64,000 nucleotides of DNA from Heptranchias perlo (Eukaryota), in assembly GCF_035084215.1 (NCBI RefSeq), contig NC_090325.1, positions 182,714,001 through 182,778,000 on the forward strand, read 5' to 3'. A program made the position numbers and the translations under genes. Positions 11,986 through 23,874 of this stretch are shown here, one piece after another (within the stretch, counting starts at the first letter, position 1; every line of letters begins with the position of its first letter). Below the pieces are notes generated by a model. That model was not told the DNA's origin. It ran no database searches and saw only the letters and a list, made by a program, of their open reading frames with translations.

Positions 11986-12794
11986 TATTGGACAACACTG
12001 TTACAGGGTCTGGGGCTGGCACTGCTAATTTCTCAGCCATGCAAATTTTGCATGATTCTGATTGGTTTAACAGTTGAGAATTTTGGGCAGGATGTAAAAT
12101 GGCATAATGTATGGATATGTACAATTCCACTTTACTGCAAAATTATTTTTTCCTATTTTCTGAGTTTAAAGTTCCAGTTATTGCTTCGAAGAGGGTGTCG
12201 AGGGAGGAAAAATGATTGAAAACATCATGATCAGAATCGACCTTCCCCTTTTTGAGGATCAGTATAATTTTTTAGACAGTAAATTTGGTGGTGTATTGAG
12301 TTAAATGTTGTTCCTCAACTCTAACAGCTGCCTTAAATTCCACTCAGATGAGAAGAGTCTCCTCTCTGATGAGAGGGAAGTGGATACAGCAAGCCAAGTC
12401 TGCATCAGTACAAAATTAAACCCTATAGTCCTGCTTGAAAACATCGAAGTAGCAAGATTATAGCATAATTCAGAGCTCATACATTATCAATTCTTCTGAC
12501 ATCTCATTTGCTGAAGTAAACTTCCCATAAGCCTGGGTGACTGGTCATCAAGCTCGCTTCTCTACCTTTGGACCTGCACAGCATTCATCCACACTCAGAA
12601 TACAATCTGTCTGTCTAATTAAAGGAACCTTTCGATAATCTCCTTCTACATTAACAATCATAACATTCCACACACCACAGTCGTTTATTGGTCTTATTTA
12701 TGCTAAGTAGAAGAAAAATAAATTAATGGAATCAAACCAGCTCCTATACTCAGAGGATGGAAATTAATACAACATACATCGGGTACTGAGTGTT

Positions 12795-13900
12795 CAGTTC
12801 TCAACTTCTTTGAGGAAGTGACAATTCAAGTGAACTGTAGAAAGCCCAAGCGGTGTACTAGATTTCCAAAGGCATTTGACAAAGTTCCATGCAAAAGCCT
12901 CAAAGGTTGAGCCCAAAGCAGTGGGGATCCAGGGTAAATCTTAGGAATGGATAATAAAAAGGCTGATGGGTAGAAAACAACCGATACTTGTTACAGGAGT
13001 TATGTTAGATGGGACTTTTATTGAGTGAGGTGCCCCACGGCTCAATGTTGGTTCAGAAACTCAATGCAAATTAGTCAAATTTACAGTCAATATCAAACTG
13101 GGAGCAGTAGAGGGGGAGCCAGCTTATAAATTACAAAATGAGTTGGACAAAATACTCATGTGGGTACACAGATGGCTGATGAAATTTAATGTAGACAAGT
13201 GCAAGTAACCTGCACATAGGAAGGGAACATGGGTGAATATATTCCATGAATCATGTTGAAATAACTAAGAATGAAGTTGAAAGAGACCTAGGAGTCTTGG
13301 TAAACTCAACGCTCAATATGTCCAACAAATGCAGAGCAGCAAATGAACAAAGCCAACAGAATGCTGAACTTTGTAGCCAAAACAGTAGACTATAAATCAG
13401 AGGAGGTAGTGATTATAATGTACAGTGCTCTGGTCAGACTGCACCTTGAGTAGTGTCCAGTTCTGATCACTGAGAAACAAATAAAACACTGAAGTGCTGA
13501 AAGCTGTGCAGAGAAGAGCCATGAGGCTGATCCCTAGTGTAAAGGGTCTGAATTATGAGGAAAGACTGGTGAAACTTGAACTTTTCATTCTGGAAAGGAG
13601 GCATCTGAGAGATGATCATATAGAGACATACAGATAGTTAATGGTATGGAAATGGTAAATCCAAAATATTACTTTAAATTAAACTGCCAATTAAGGGGAC
13701 AGAGGTTCAAACTACTAAATGATAAATTTAAGACAGACAGGAAGAAGTTTTTCTTCACACACAGAGTGGCCAACACACGGAATTGATCTTCAGCAAAGTA
13801 GTCAAAGCAAAAATCCTGGAATTGATGTAACAATGGAGGGAAACGTATAGTATTTCTTGACAGATGAATTAAGATAGGCCAAACAGCCTTCCTCATCTGT
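12795..13900 (+). mobile_element. Old CR1-type LINE RT fragment
   Basis: Degenerate DFQKAFDKVP (gatttccaaaggcatttgacaaagttcc), GVP(Q)GS and FFFTHRV motifs. Confidence 0.8.
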
Positions 13901-14077
13901 GGTGATCTATCTCGACCTATCATCTTAGCCTAAGTATAGGACCCATTCAGATCATTTCATCTCTCCTGTTGGCAGTAAGTTCACCAAATTAAATAAACTA
14001 AATAACTATGATTGCACCCAGACACCTAACTAGTTTGAGATAACCACATGATTAATGTACGATCAGCCACATGGTTG

Positions 14078-14305
14078 TTATTCACTCTCGGGATGTGGGC
14101 ATCACTGTCAAGGTCGGCATTCACTGCCCATCCCTAGATGCTCTGAGAAGGTGGTAATTGGCCATTCTCTTGAACTACTTACGTCCATATTCATAGCAGT
14201 TTGATACAACTCAGTAGCTTGGTAGGTCATTTTAGAGGGTAGTTAAGAGTCAACCATATCCGTGTGGGACTGGAGTCACATATAGGCCAGGCCATACCAG
14301 GTAAC
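14078..14305 (-). mobile_element. Short non-autonomous retroelement: LINE 5' UTR segment fused to the same LINE's 3' end
   Basis: Minus strand has ggcctatatgtgactccagtcccac...gactcttaac (like 32190-32280) joined to gttcaag...gggatgggca...gcccacatccc (like 35125-35220). Confidence 0.7.
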
Positions 14306-15104
14306 AATACTGTACCTCCAGTTTTCTGGGCAATATAGATCACTCCACCCAGACAAGTGGTGAGAGACTAGAGGCCTCCTACCTACTGAGTACTCCCCCA
14401 TAGGCTTTGTCAGCTTTCAAAACTCAACTTACTTGTTTTGAAATTTTAAAAATATATCAAATTAGAATGAAGAAAGAGTTTGTGTTAACAAGTGTTAACA
14501 ATTAGAGTCTGACAATTATCTTTTCTGTCAACAAAACACAGGTGAAATCATTAATTTGCTTGAATTTATAGAATACATTGAAGGTACATGACTTTTTCAT
14601 GTTGCTTTCCTGCAACTTTAAGTTGTAGTGGCTGTAAAACAAAAAGCAAGCAGTGGCCAAAACACATGACACAGGACTGTTCCATACCCTACTACATAGC
14701 AAATGAAATGGATTTTGGACCACTTACCAGTGCCCTGACTCTTTTATTTAAAATGAAGAGGAATGAAAATAAAAGTGATTAATGTTTTTGATTCATCCTG
14801 ATTTAAACAGCACTGTTATCAGAACTTGTTTAATTTGTGTTATGGAGCAATCAGACTTACTAATATCTATTGCTTCCTCTTTTCTTCCTTATGATTCCCT
14901 TGCCATTACTATTGCTAACAAGTGATCAAGACTTGACTTTAGTGCAATTTTTTTATGGACCACTTACCATTTCAATCAATGTACTGTGAATTTGGCTTAG
15001 CTGAGTATAATAAATACTTTAATTCTCTTTTTAAAAACTTAATTTAAAAGAAGAAGCATTATGAGCTTGAACCATTTAATAACTTCAGCACTAAAATGAA
15101 AAAG

Positions 15105-15545
15105 AAACAATCAGTTATGAAGTGGCTCGTCACAGCCTCAGCACATCTAAATTGCTTTACAACCAATGAAATATTTTTGAAATGCATTATTCTCATGTAA
15201 CCAAACACACTAACTTATCTGTACACAGCAAGGTCCCACAAACAGTAAACAAGAGGAATACTCATTTAATTAGTTTTTGACAGTATTGGTTGAGTGAAAA
15301 ATGTATTTCACAATACCAGGAGAACTCCTTGCTATTCTTTGAAAAGTGCCATGGGAAACACCGGAGCAAGCACACAGACAGAGCCACAGTTTGATCTATT
15401 TCAAAAAGCAGCACCTTTGGTAATACTGCATTCCCTCAATACTGCACTGAAATATCAGCCTGAATTACATGCTCAAGTACTCAAATGGGATTGATCTTGT
15501 AATTCAGAGGTGAGACTACTACCAACAGAGCTATGGTCACACTTG
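15105..15545 (-). mobile_element. Deu-domain tRNA-derived SINE (SacSINE1/AmnSINE1-like), degenerate
   Basis: Reverse-complement similarity to the fuller copy at 56959-57390 (ccaggagaactcct, agtgccatggg, cagcctgaattacatgctcaagt). Confidence 0.65.
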
Positions 15546-15724
15546 AATTGAAGGAGTTTGAATCCAAGGAAACAATAGAAAGAACATGCAATTATCAGCA
15601 ACATGACGTAAGTCTCTCCTCATATCCAAAAGGGAATAAATAAGTATATATTTGTAGTCAAAAATGTTCACTTGAAACTGCTTGGTGATCTCGCTTTGAT
15701 ACCATGAATTTAAATCTGCAGCCT

Positions 15725-16645
15725 AGTAATTTTCAAACGGTTCTCTCGACCCCTCCATTGCCTGTATTGTCAAACTGCTTGTCCAACATCCAGTCCCGGA
15801 TGAGGCAAAATTTCTTCCAATTAAATTTTGGGAAGACCATCATTAAATTGATTCCATCCCCCTCCCTGGTCACTGTCTAAAGCTGAACCAGAGTGTTTGC
15901 AACCTATTTGACCCCGACCCGAGCTTCCGACTCCGTATCCTCTCCATCACAAACACTGCCTACTTCCACCTCCGTCTCCACCCCGTCTCAACTTATCTGC
16001 TGCTGAATCCCTCATCCGTGCCTTTGTTACTTCCAGACTCGACTTTCCAATGCTCTCCTGGCCGGCCTCCCCTCTTCCACCCTTTGTAAACTTAAGCTCA
16101 TCCAAAACTCTGCTGCCCATATCCTAACTCGCACCAAATCCCATTCACCAATCACCCTGTGCTAGCTGACCTACATTGGATCCTGGTCCGGCAATGCCTC
16201 AATTTTAAAATTCTCATCCTTGTTTTCAAATCCCTCCATGGCCTCCCCCCTCCCCCCTCCCTATCTCTAATCTCCTCCAGCCCTACAACCCCACCGAGAT
16301 CTCTGCGCTCCTCCAATCCTGGCCTCTTACGCAACCCCGATTTTCATCGCTCCACCATTGGCGGCTATGCCTTCAGCTCTCTCTCCTCCTTTAACACGCT
16401 CCTTAAAATCTACCTCTTTAACCAAGCTCGGTCACCTGTCCTAATATAGAGTCATAGAGTTACACAGCACGGATAGAGGCCCTTCGGCCCATCGTGTCCG
16501 CGCCGGCCATCAAGCCCTGTCTACTCTAATCCCATAATATCTCCTTTATGTGGCTCGGTGTCCAATTTTGTTTGATAACACTCCTGCGAAGCGCCTTGGG
16601 ATCTTTTACTACGTTAAACGTGCTGTATAAATGCAAGTTGTTGCT
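15725..16645 (+). mobile_element. L2-type LINE 3' end, interrupted by an 87-bp CR1-type tail (16448-16534, TSD TAATAT)
   Basis: VLADLHWILVRQCLNFKILILVFKSLHGL L2 C-terminus; tail gcgccttgggat...gctgtataaatgcaagttgttgctg. Confidence 0.85.
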
Positions 16646-17373
16646 GTATATAAATGTAAGTTGGGGTTGTTGTCGTCGTCTAGATGGTATGCAGGGAGGA
16701 GCCCAACTCTAGCTCCGCCATCTCCAAGAGAAACAGAAAAAAGTGAAGGAACGAGAGAGAAAAAGGAGTGACGAAGTGAAGGAGAAAGGCACCGACTGCT
16801 AAAGAGACCGGTCAAAGTGGGGAGACAAGAAGAAATAAATCGAAGTGAAGGAAACAGGGAAGTAGACAGACACGAAAGTGAAGGCAGAGAGACAAATTAA
16901 GCTAAAAGACACAGGTGAAACAGAGAGGATGATGACAATGCATTGAAACAGCCCTGTTAAACAACAGCAAAGGAGATTGTACACCCGCGCTGTCAGCTGA
17001 CGCATCCCAGCACGGATGATGTTAGAGCCGGTGCCCACGCTCAGGCCCGCGATCGCTGTCAACTGTGCGGGCTCCGCAGAGGCTGAATACGGGAGAGTCA
17101 GCCTCACACACCGGGCAAACGCCGCTCCGCCACGTAAATGGCGGCCGTGTCATTAACCGCAGCGTCTGGCGACAAAAACAGCAGGGCCCGGCGGATGCCA
17201 GGTTCACTGCCCAGGGCCCGCCGTTAGACCCCGCCGGTGTGCGCTCATCACCGGCTTGCCTGAGGCGAGGCAGGTCAGCGTCAGGGGCGGTGTCAGGGCA
17301 CCGGACCGCTTCCACACAGCGACAGTCGGTACTTCCATTATGCCCGGAGCCTTTGACCTGACCGCGCACTTAC

Positions 17374-17418
17374 CCAAGTGAGCAGGCTCTCGCAGAGCTC
17401 GATCCGGTCCACGTTCAT
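17374..17418 (-). CDS. HOOK3: Hook microtubule-tethering protein 3, coding exon 1 (MNVDRIELCESLLTW)
   Basis: Minus strand reads ATG AAC GTG GAC CGG ATC GAG CTC TGC GAG AGC CTG CTC ACT TGG then a GTAAGT donor. Matches the HOOK3 N-terminus (human ...ERAELCESLLTW). Lies in a CpG island head-to-head with RNF170, as in human. Confidence 0.93.
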
Positions 17419-17639
17419 CTCTCTCGTCCGCTCGCACTGCTGCCGACAACAAAGAAGCCGCCGCCAACTGCCCGAGGTTCCACAACGTCACCACATTCCA
17501 CGTTCAGTTGGACCCGCCCGCCGCCAACTGCGCTTGCGCCACGCTGACCGAGCTGGCTATCTCGCTGCCTGAGTGATTAGAAAGAGCCAGAGGGCAGATC
17601 CACAGTTGGGGGGCGCCGATCTTTTTTTTTCCTCTTAGT

Positions 17640-17774
17640 GGCGGCAAGATGAATAAAAAATAGGAAGAAAAAGGGGGTGTTCGCGGCAGTAACCGAGACA
17701 AGAACAGTACAGAAAGTAACAAAGCTCAAGGTTGCTGAGCATATCGACGAAGTTGCTTCTCCTGAAAGGGACAG
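17640..17774 (+). other. RNF170: Putative first (5' UTR) exon of RNF170; start site approximate
   Basis: CAG|GTAACA donor at the downstream edge of the CpG island, oriented toward the first coding exon, which begins at an acceptor and so needs an upstream exon. No transcript evidence. Confidence 0.55.
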
Positions 17775-19387
17775 GTAACAGCGGCCTGCTAGTGCGAGCC
17801 TTAACACTCTGATATCGCAACCGTGCACTTTGGTTTGTTTTGTCATCTTTGAATATGATTGCCTCTGAGAATTGCTTCCGTCATACAGTTAAAAGTCGTA
17901 ATATACGTGTATCAGAAGAAGATGATGAGGGTTAATCGGGATGTTTTTAAAAAAAACAACACTGGATATATTCAGCAGGCGAGTCACTATGTGAAAAGAG
18001 AGGGGAAATTAACGTTTTGGATGTAGACCCTTTCTCGGAACTGGAAAGGACAAATCCCCCAAAACATTAATCAAGCTGGGAGGGCAACTGTTTTTTTCTG
18101 TTTTTATTTCGGATTTCCAATATTCACAGTTTTAACTCTGAAAGTAGTAATGTTCTAGCGATAACTTTTTTAAAAGTAAATTTCATTCAACATCCTCAGT
18201 ACTCTCTGCCTCCTGCAAAGAAGTACAGTAGATTTTGACAGGCTCATCTTAACCCAGTTTTCTTAAGGAGCCATCTCAGAAAATTATCTGGAGTATCATC
18301 AAAGAAAATTGAGTATTATACCTATGTTTAATTGTTCCTCGTGCAGTTGTCAAGACTTGGGGAATGTTAGTTACGTTTAGTAACAGTAACACTGACTACG
18401 TGGGGCTGTGTTTATTTTTCAACAACAAAACAGATCAATTTTTAAACCAAAATGAGTTAATCAATCTGAATATCTGGATTGGAATGCTTTGAGATGAATG
18501 ATGTTGATGGCAAGAAAGAGCATTTACAATTTTTTGTTTGCACCAGTGTAATTTTGTTTGCCTTGCTACACTTCCACTATTGTGCCCCAGTTAGCCCTCA
18601 ACATGAAAAGAACATCTCTTGTATCAGTCTAAATTGTCCTTTTTCTCACTGGCCATCTGTATGATGTTTCTAAGTAAGGTGGTCAATTTTTCCAAATCAT
18701 GGACAGCTTTATGTTGAGGACTTGCTAGGAACTGGATTGAGTCCCAGTTTCACTAATAACTGCACTGGACAGAACCATTCTGTTCATTATTACCCTCTGA
18801 TCATTATTGCCCTCTGTTTTGGCTACTTCCTGCTTGTTAAGAAACTTTTGTACTGGGAAAAAGGTGAGAGTTCATTTTGGGTATTGCAGGTTAGCATTGT
18901 GCACAAGCTTGTCACAATTATGTTGCAAATGACTTGACTCATGAAGCTTTTAGCACAAGCAGTAATCTTCCATTTGGGCTTTTTTTTGTTAGCCAGCGGA
19001 GAGAAGATAGGCTTTCACTTCAGGTCCCAAAGGAACATAGGAATTGCTAGATGAAAAAAGGCCAAAGTCCACCTTTTTCGCCTTCTAATGGAGTTGTTGA
19101 CTAATCATGGCAATCAATCGCTATCAATTAGCCTACAGCAGACCCTGACAAGAGGTGAGAAAAATCCCCAGTGGTGGAAAGCTTTGGGAACTGTAGATCC
19201 AAGTTACCTGTTCCTCCCAAGCATTCTACACTTCCCATATGGCATGTCTCAAATTACTCATATACTGTATCCCAAAATATTATTTTCTGAAAGAAATCTG
19301 TCTAATTTGCATTTGAATGAATGAATCAATACTATCTGCTTCCACCATCTTCCATGGGGACCTGTTTCCATAGATTTACCACCCACT

Positions 19388-19745
19388 CACTCACTGAAAG
19401 AGACAGAGAGACTTAGGGAAGGAATTCAGAGTTTAGGGCCTAGACGGCTGACGGCACAGCTGCCAGTGGTTGGGCGAAGGAAACGAAAGCTGCAGAACAG
19501 GCCAGAATTGGAGGAATGCAGAGTTGTCAAAGGGTCGTAGGGCTGGAGAAGATTAGAGACAGGACGGGGCAAGGCCATGGAAGGATGTTAACACAAGGAT
19601 AAATAAGAATCTTAAATTTGAGGTGTTAGTGGAGCCAGTGTAAGTCAGCGAGCACAGGGGTGATGGGTGAGCGGGACTTGGTGCTGATTAGAGTTTTGGA
19701 TGAGATCAAGTTTGTGGAGGACGGGAGGCCAGCCAGGAGAGTTGA
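19388..19745 (-). mobile_element. L2-type LINE fragment
   Basis: Reverse complement resembles 16060-16380 (cacaggggtgatgggtgagcgggacttggtgc, gagttttggatgag). Confidence 0.75.
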
Positions 19746-19799
19746 GTCTCAAATTAGTCATGCAACTACTGTGTAAGCAGTGCCATTTTTTTTATTTTA

Positions 19800-20517
19800 A
19801 TCATAGAATGGTTATGGCACAGAAGGAGGCCATTCGGCCCTTCGAGTCCATGCCGGCTCTTTGTAATAGCAATCCAGTTAGTCCCATTCCCCTGCTCTTT
19901 CCCCATAGCCCTGCAATTTTTTTCCCTTCAAGTATTTATCCAATTCCTTTTTGAAAGCCACGATTGAATCTGCTTCCACCCCCCTTTCAGGCAGCGCATT
20001 CCAGATCATAACTACTCACTGCATAAAAAAAGTTTCTCCTCATGTCTCCTTTGGTTCTTTTGCCAATCACCTTAAATCTGTGTCCTCTGGTTCTTGACCC
20101 TTCTGCAAATGGCAACAGTTTCTCTTTATTTACTTTATCAAACCTCCTCTTAACCTTCTCTGCTCTAAGGAGAACAACCCCAGCTTCTCCAGTCTATCCA
20201 CGTAACTGAAGTCCCTCATTCCTGGAACCATTCTAGTAAGTCTTTTCTGCACCCTCTCTAAGGCCTTACATCCTTCCTAAAGTGCGGTGCCCAGAATTGG
20301 ACACAATCCTCCAGTTGTATAAAGATTCAACATAACTTCCTGCTTTTGTACTCTATGTCTCTATTTATAAAACTCAGGGCCCCATATGCTTTTTTAACTG
20401 CTTTCTCAACCTGTCCTGCCACCTTCAAAGATTTGTGCACATATACCCCCTTTAGAATTGTACCATTCAGTTTATATTGCCTCTCCTCGATCTTCCTGCC
20501 AAAATGTATCACTTCGC
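19800..20517 (-). mobile_element. CR1-type LINE 3' end
   Basis: CEVIHFGRKIEERQYKLNGTILKG...KKAYGALSFINRDIEYKS; ends in a CR1-type tail (catagaat). Confidence 0.92.
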
Positions 20518-21304
20518 AGTGAGTAGGGTGATGCATTGTGGTTTATATCGGTAGCTTCTGGGGATTTTTATTTCTGTGTTTGATTGACTAGGTTTGTGTG
20601 TAACATCGTTCTAGATTAATGCACTTACACCTAAATGGGAGAGATTTTTTGAAGTTTGAGTGGTGCAACAACCTTCCATTTTCCTGATGTCTGCTAGATT
20701 AGAAGCAGTTTTGGAGAGAGAAAGGATGATGCAAGATGTAAGCTTTGAACCCTTGATGAGGATGAGTTCTAGGTATGTGTTCAGGAGCCATCTACACTGT
20801 GTATGGTTCAGAAATTCAAGGAGGAGAATTCTGGAGGAATTTATGCAACACAGCGTGAACACAATTGGAATAATATTAGGATAATTACCTATTATATTGG
20901 GGAAAATATAAGCAGCAAGAGGTAGATCTGATGGAAACAATTAGTTTGGAAGTAAATATACAGAAAAGAAAGAAAGATTGACCACGCAAGCAGCATGTCA
21001 CATTCCAGGATTTCAGATTATGCCGTCACAGCAGAATTTTGGTGTAATGTGTAGTAAAAATACTACTGTTAAGCGAGACTTAACAAAACCATGAGACTGT
21101 AGAACTGATAAGTGTAAACATATTGGAGATAATAAAAGGTGGTTTGACATTTCCAGCAATCATTTACATTTCACTGCTGCTGTGTCAACTCTTCATTCGA
21201 ACCCAGCAGGAGTCATTGCCAAGTTACATTGACACTGGAGTCGTTTTTTTTAAACTCAGAGTTCGAGGTAGTCAGGCGGCAAAGAGCTATAGGAAAGATG
21301 GAGT

Positions 21305-22518
21305 AACAGAGGGTAGTTGAGGGCAATGCGGTTGATGTGTATATGGACTTTCAAAAGGCATTTGATAAAGTGCCGCATAATAAGCTTGTTAGCAAAATTA
21401 AAGCTCATGGACTAAAAGGGGCAGTGGCAGATGAATACGAAATTGGCCAGGTGACAGGAAGCAGAGAGTGATGGTGAACGGTTGTTTTTCGGACTGGAGG
21501 AAGGTTTACAGTGGTGTTCCCCAGGGGTCGGAACTAGGACCACTGCTTTTCTTGATGTATATTAATGATTTGGACTTGGGTGTACATGGCACAATTTCAA
21601 AATTTGCAGTTGACACAAAACTTTGAAGTATAGTAAACAATGAGGAGGATAGTAATAGACTTCAAGAGGACATAGACGGGCTGGTGGAATGGTCAGACAC
21701 ATGGCAGATGAAATTTAACGCAGAGAAGTGCAAAGTGATACATTTTGGCAAGAAGAACGAGGAGAGGCACTATAAAAAATGATACAATTCTAAAGGCGAT
21801 GCAGGAACTGAGACCTGGGCGGGGTAAATGTGCACAAATCTTTGAAGGTGGCAGGACAGGTTGAGAAAGCAGTTAAAAAAGCATGTGGGATTGTGGGCTT
21901 TATTAATAGAGGCATAGAGTACAAAAGCAAGGAAGTTATGTTAAACTTTTATTAAAAAGTTCGGCCACATCTGGAGAATTGTCCAATTCTGGACACCGCA
22001 CTTTAGGAAGGATGTAAGGCCTTAGAGAGGGTGCAGAAAAGATTTACTGGAATGGTTCCAGGGATGAGGGACTTCGGTTATGTGGATAAACTGAAGAAGC
22101 TGGGGTTGTTCTCCTTAGAGCAGAGAAGGTTGAGAGGAGGTTTCGTAGAAGTGTTCAAAATCAAGAAGGGTTTAGATAAAGTAAATAAAGAAAAACTGTT
22201 CCCATTGGCGAAAGGGTCAAGAACCAGAGGACACAGATTTAAGGTGATAGGCAAAAGAACCAAAGGCAATATGAGGAAAGACTTTTTTACGCAGCTAGTA
22301 GTTATGATCTGGAATGCGCTGCCTGAAAGTGTGATGGAAGCAGATTGAATCGTGACTTTCAAAAAGGAATTGGATAAATACTTGAAGGGAAAAAATTTGC
22401 AGGGCTACGGGGAAAGAGCAGGGGAATGGGACTAACTGGATTGCTCTTGCAAAGAGCCAGCATGGTCTCGATGGGCCGAATGACCGCCTCCTGTGCTGTA
22501 ATCATTCTATGATTCTAC
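21305..22518 (+). mobile_element. CR1-type LINE, 3' 1.2 kb (RT to tail)
   Basis: DVYMDFQKAFDKVPH, SGVPQGS, RRLRGGFVEVFKI; tail gggccgaatg...ttctatgattcta. Confidence 0.93.
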
Positions 22519-23874
22519 AGGAGAGAGGAGTTAGAATATTAGCGCTAACTTCAAGCAAGACAACCCATGCTGCCACCGTCAAATCCTACTGATTCATATC
22601 AAGTCTTGACTCACCAAGTGTTTGCTCAGTCCATCTTCAAAGAGATCGAAAAAGTACAAGTGCAAAAGACATGTTTATCCAGTCAGATCACAGGGGGATG
22701 CTATTGTTAAATCCCTCGGTTATGCAACCATACAGTAGATGTAGGACAGTGTGAGTCAACTCCCGTGAAAGTAAGATGCTCAGACCACTTAAGGAAGCAA
22801 CTGACACTACTTAAACCACAAAGGTATCTATGGCAGACCCAAATCCATATAACAGTTCTATTTTGTTTGGAACAATCACCTGTAGTGGGATATCCTCTTC
22901 TATTTAAAGTCGTGTGAATGTGTGTCTGCAATATAGTATTGTGGTGTTCCTTCAACCAATTAGATTAGATTTAAGAACCAGAAGGCACTGCCCCATCAAC
23001 CTGATAACGACGCGTTGTGCACCATCCAACAGCAGATTAGCTACTTCTGCTAACTGATTTTCTCCAGATGAGCGCAGAGCGTCAAGACTTCCTGTTGGTA
23101 CTTCTCACACCCCTGTTGCAATCTTCCAATTTATTGCAAATACCATCATCAGAGATCCATTAGTAACCCACTGTAAATACTAAAATGAAACAGTCATATT
23201 GTGATTATGTGGAGAGAGGAAATGGAGATCTCCTATTATAAACTTCCCTCAGGAACTGATGAGCAAGCTTATTTTGCTTCCTGTTTTTCCTGAGGCACAG
23301 ATAACTTGTGTCTGTGATGTAGTAATAATAATTCCTGTTATGTTTTGAGTAAGATAAAATTGCATTGGTTTAAAAAAAAGTGTCGTGAGGAGACATGGTC
23401 ACTTTCTGATTTCATGTTCCTGATAGGGAGGTACACCTGGTGGAAGTGCACATCAGAAATTCCAGCATACACTCACATAATTTTTCAACCATTTAAATTA
23501 AAGGTTGGAAAATTCTGCACAGCGAGTGCCTGAATTTTTCCAATATGCATTATTAGTGAGTAAGACCACTGGAAGCGCAAAGTCAGAATTGCAGTTTCCA
23601 TAGTGGATGCTTCCCTTATAATCAAAAATTTATAATCTTGGAGATCCTGTGATCAGCTTATGTACCTCACATTTATCAATTAGCCATTTATTGGAACATT
23701 TCTACAACAATTGCACAGGTTTCCCACTATGCACTCCTGTTCTCTCCAATAGCTGGAAAAACACCTCGGATTGTTCAGACAAGTTGGATTTATTTACAAG
23801 AATTAAATACAGATAGAAGCATAGAAACTAAGAATTGAGTAGTACAATTTTTGTAAAAGCAACAAACATTTAAA

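Larger units (their letters stand above)
7776..12000 (+). mobile_element. Internally deleted hAT (Charlie/Buster-like) DNA transposon hosting nested insertions
   Basis: TIRs CCGTGTTCTCCAATA (7776-7790) and TATTGGACAACACTG (11986-12000), 13/15 match. Perfect 8-bp TSD TTACAGGG (7768-7775, 12001-12008). Transposase C-terminal remnant ESTFSAITLMKSKYHSQLLDKNLEAALKCAV at about 11127-11220. Subterminal TAGCCAC motifs. Confidence 0.88.
16980..17825. promoter_or_regulatory. CpG island and bidirectional promoter of HOOK3 and RNF170
   Basis: Abrupt GC- and CpG-rich segment in AT-rich DNA spanning both first exons. NRF1-like TGCGCTTGCGC at 17529-17539; YY1-like AAATGGCGGC at 17136-17145; duplicated CCGCCGCCAACTGC. 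Confidence 0.85.

Noticed and set aside
17022-17846. Cluster of overlapping 60-115 aa ORFs
   Set aside because: Expected in a GC-rich CpG island. The real coding segment is the 45-nt HOOK3 exon in a frame the track does not list.
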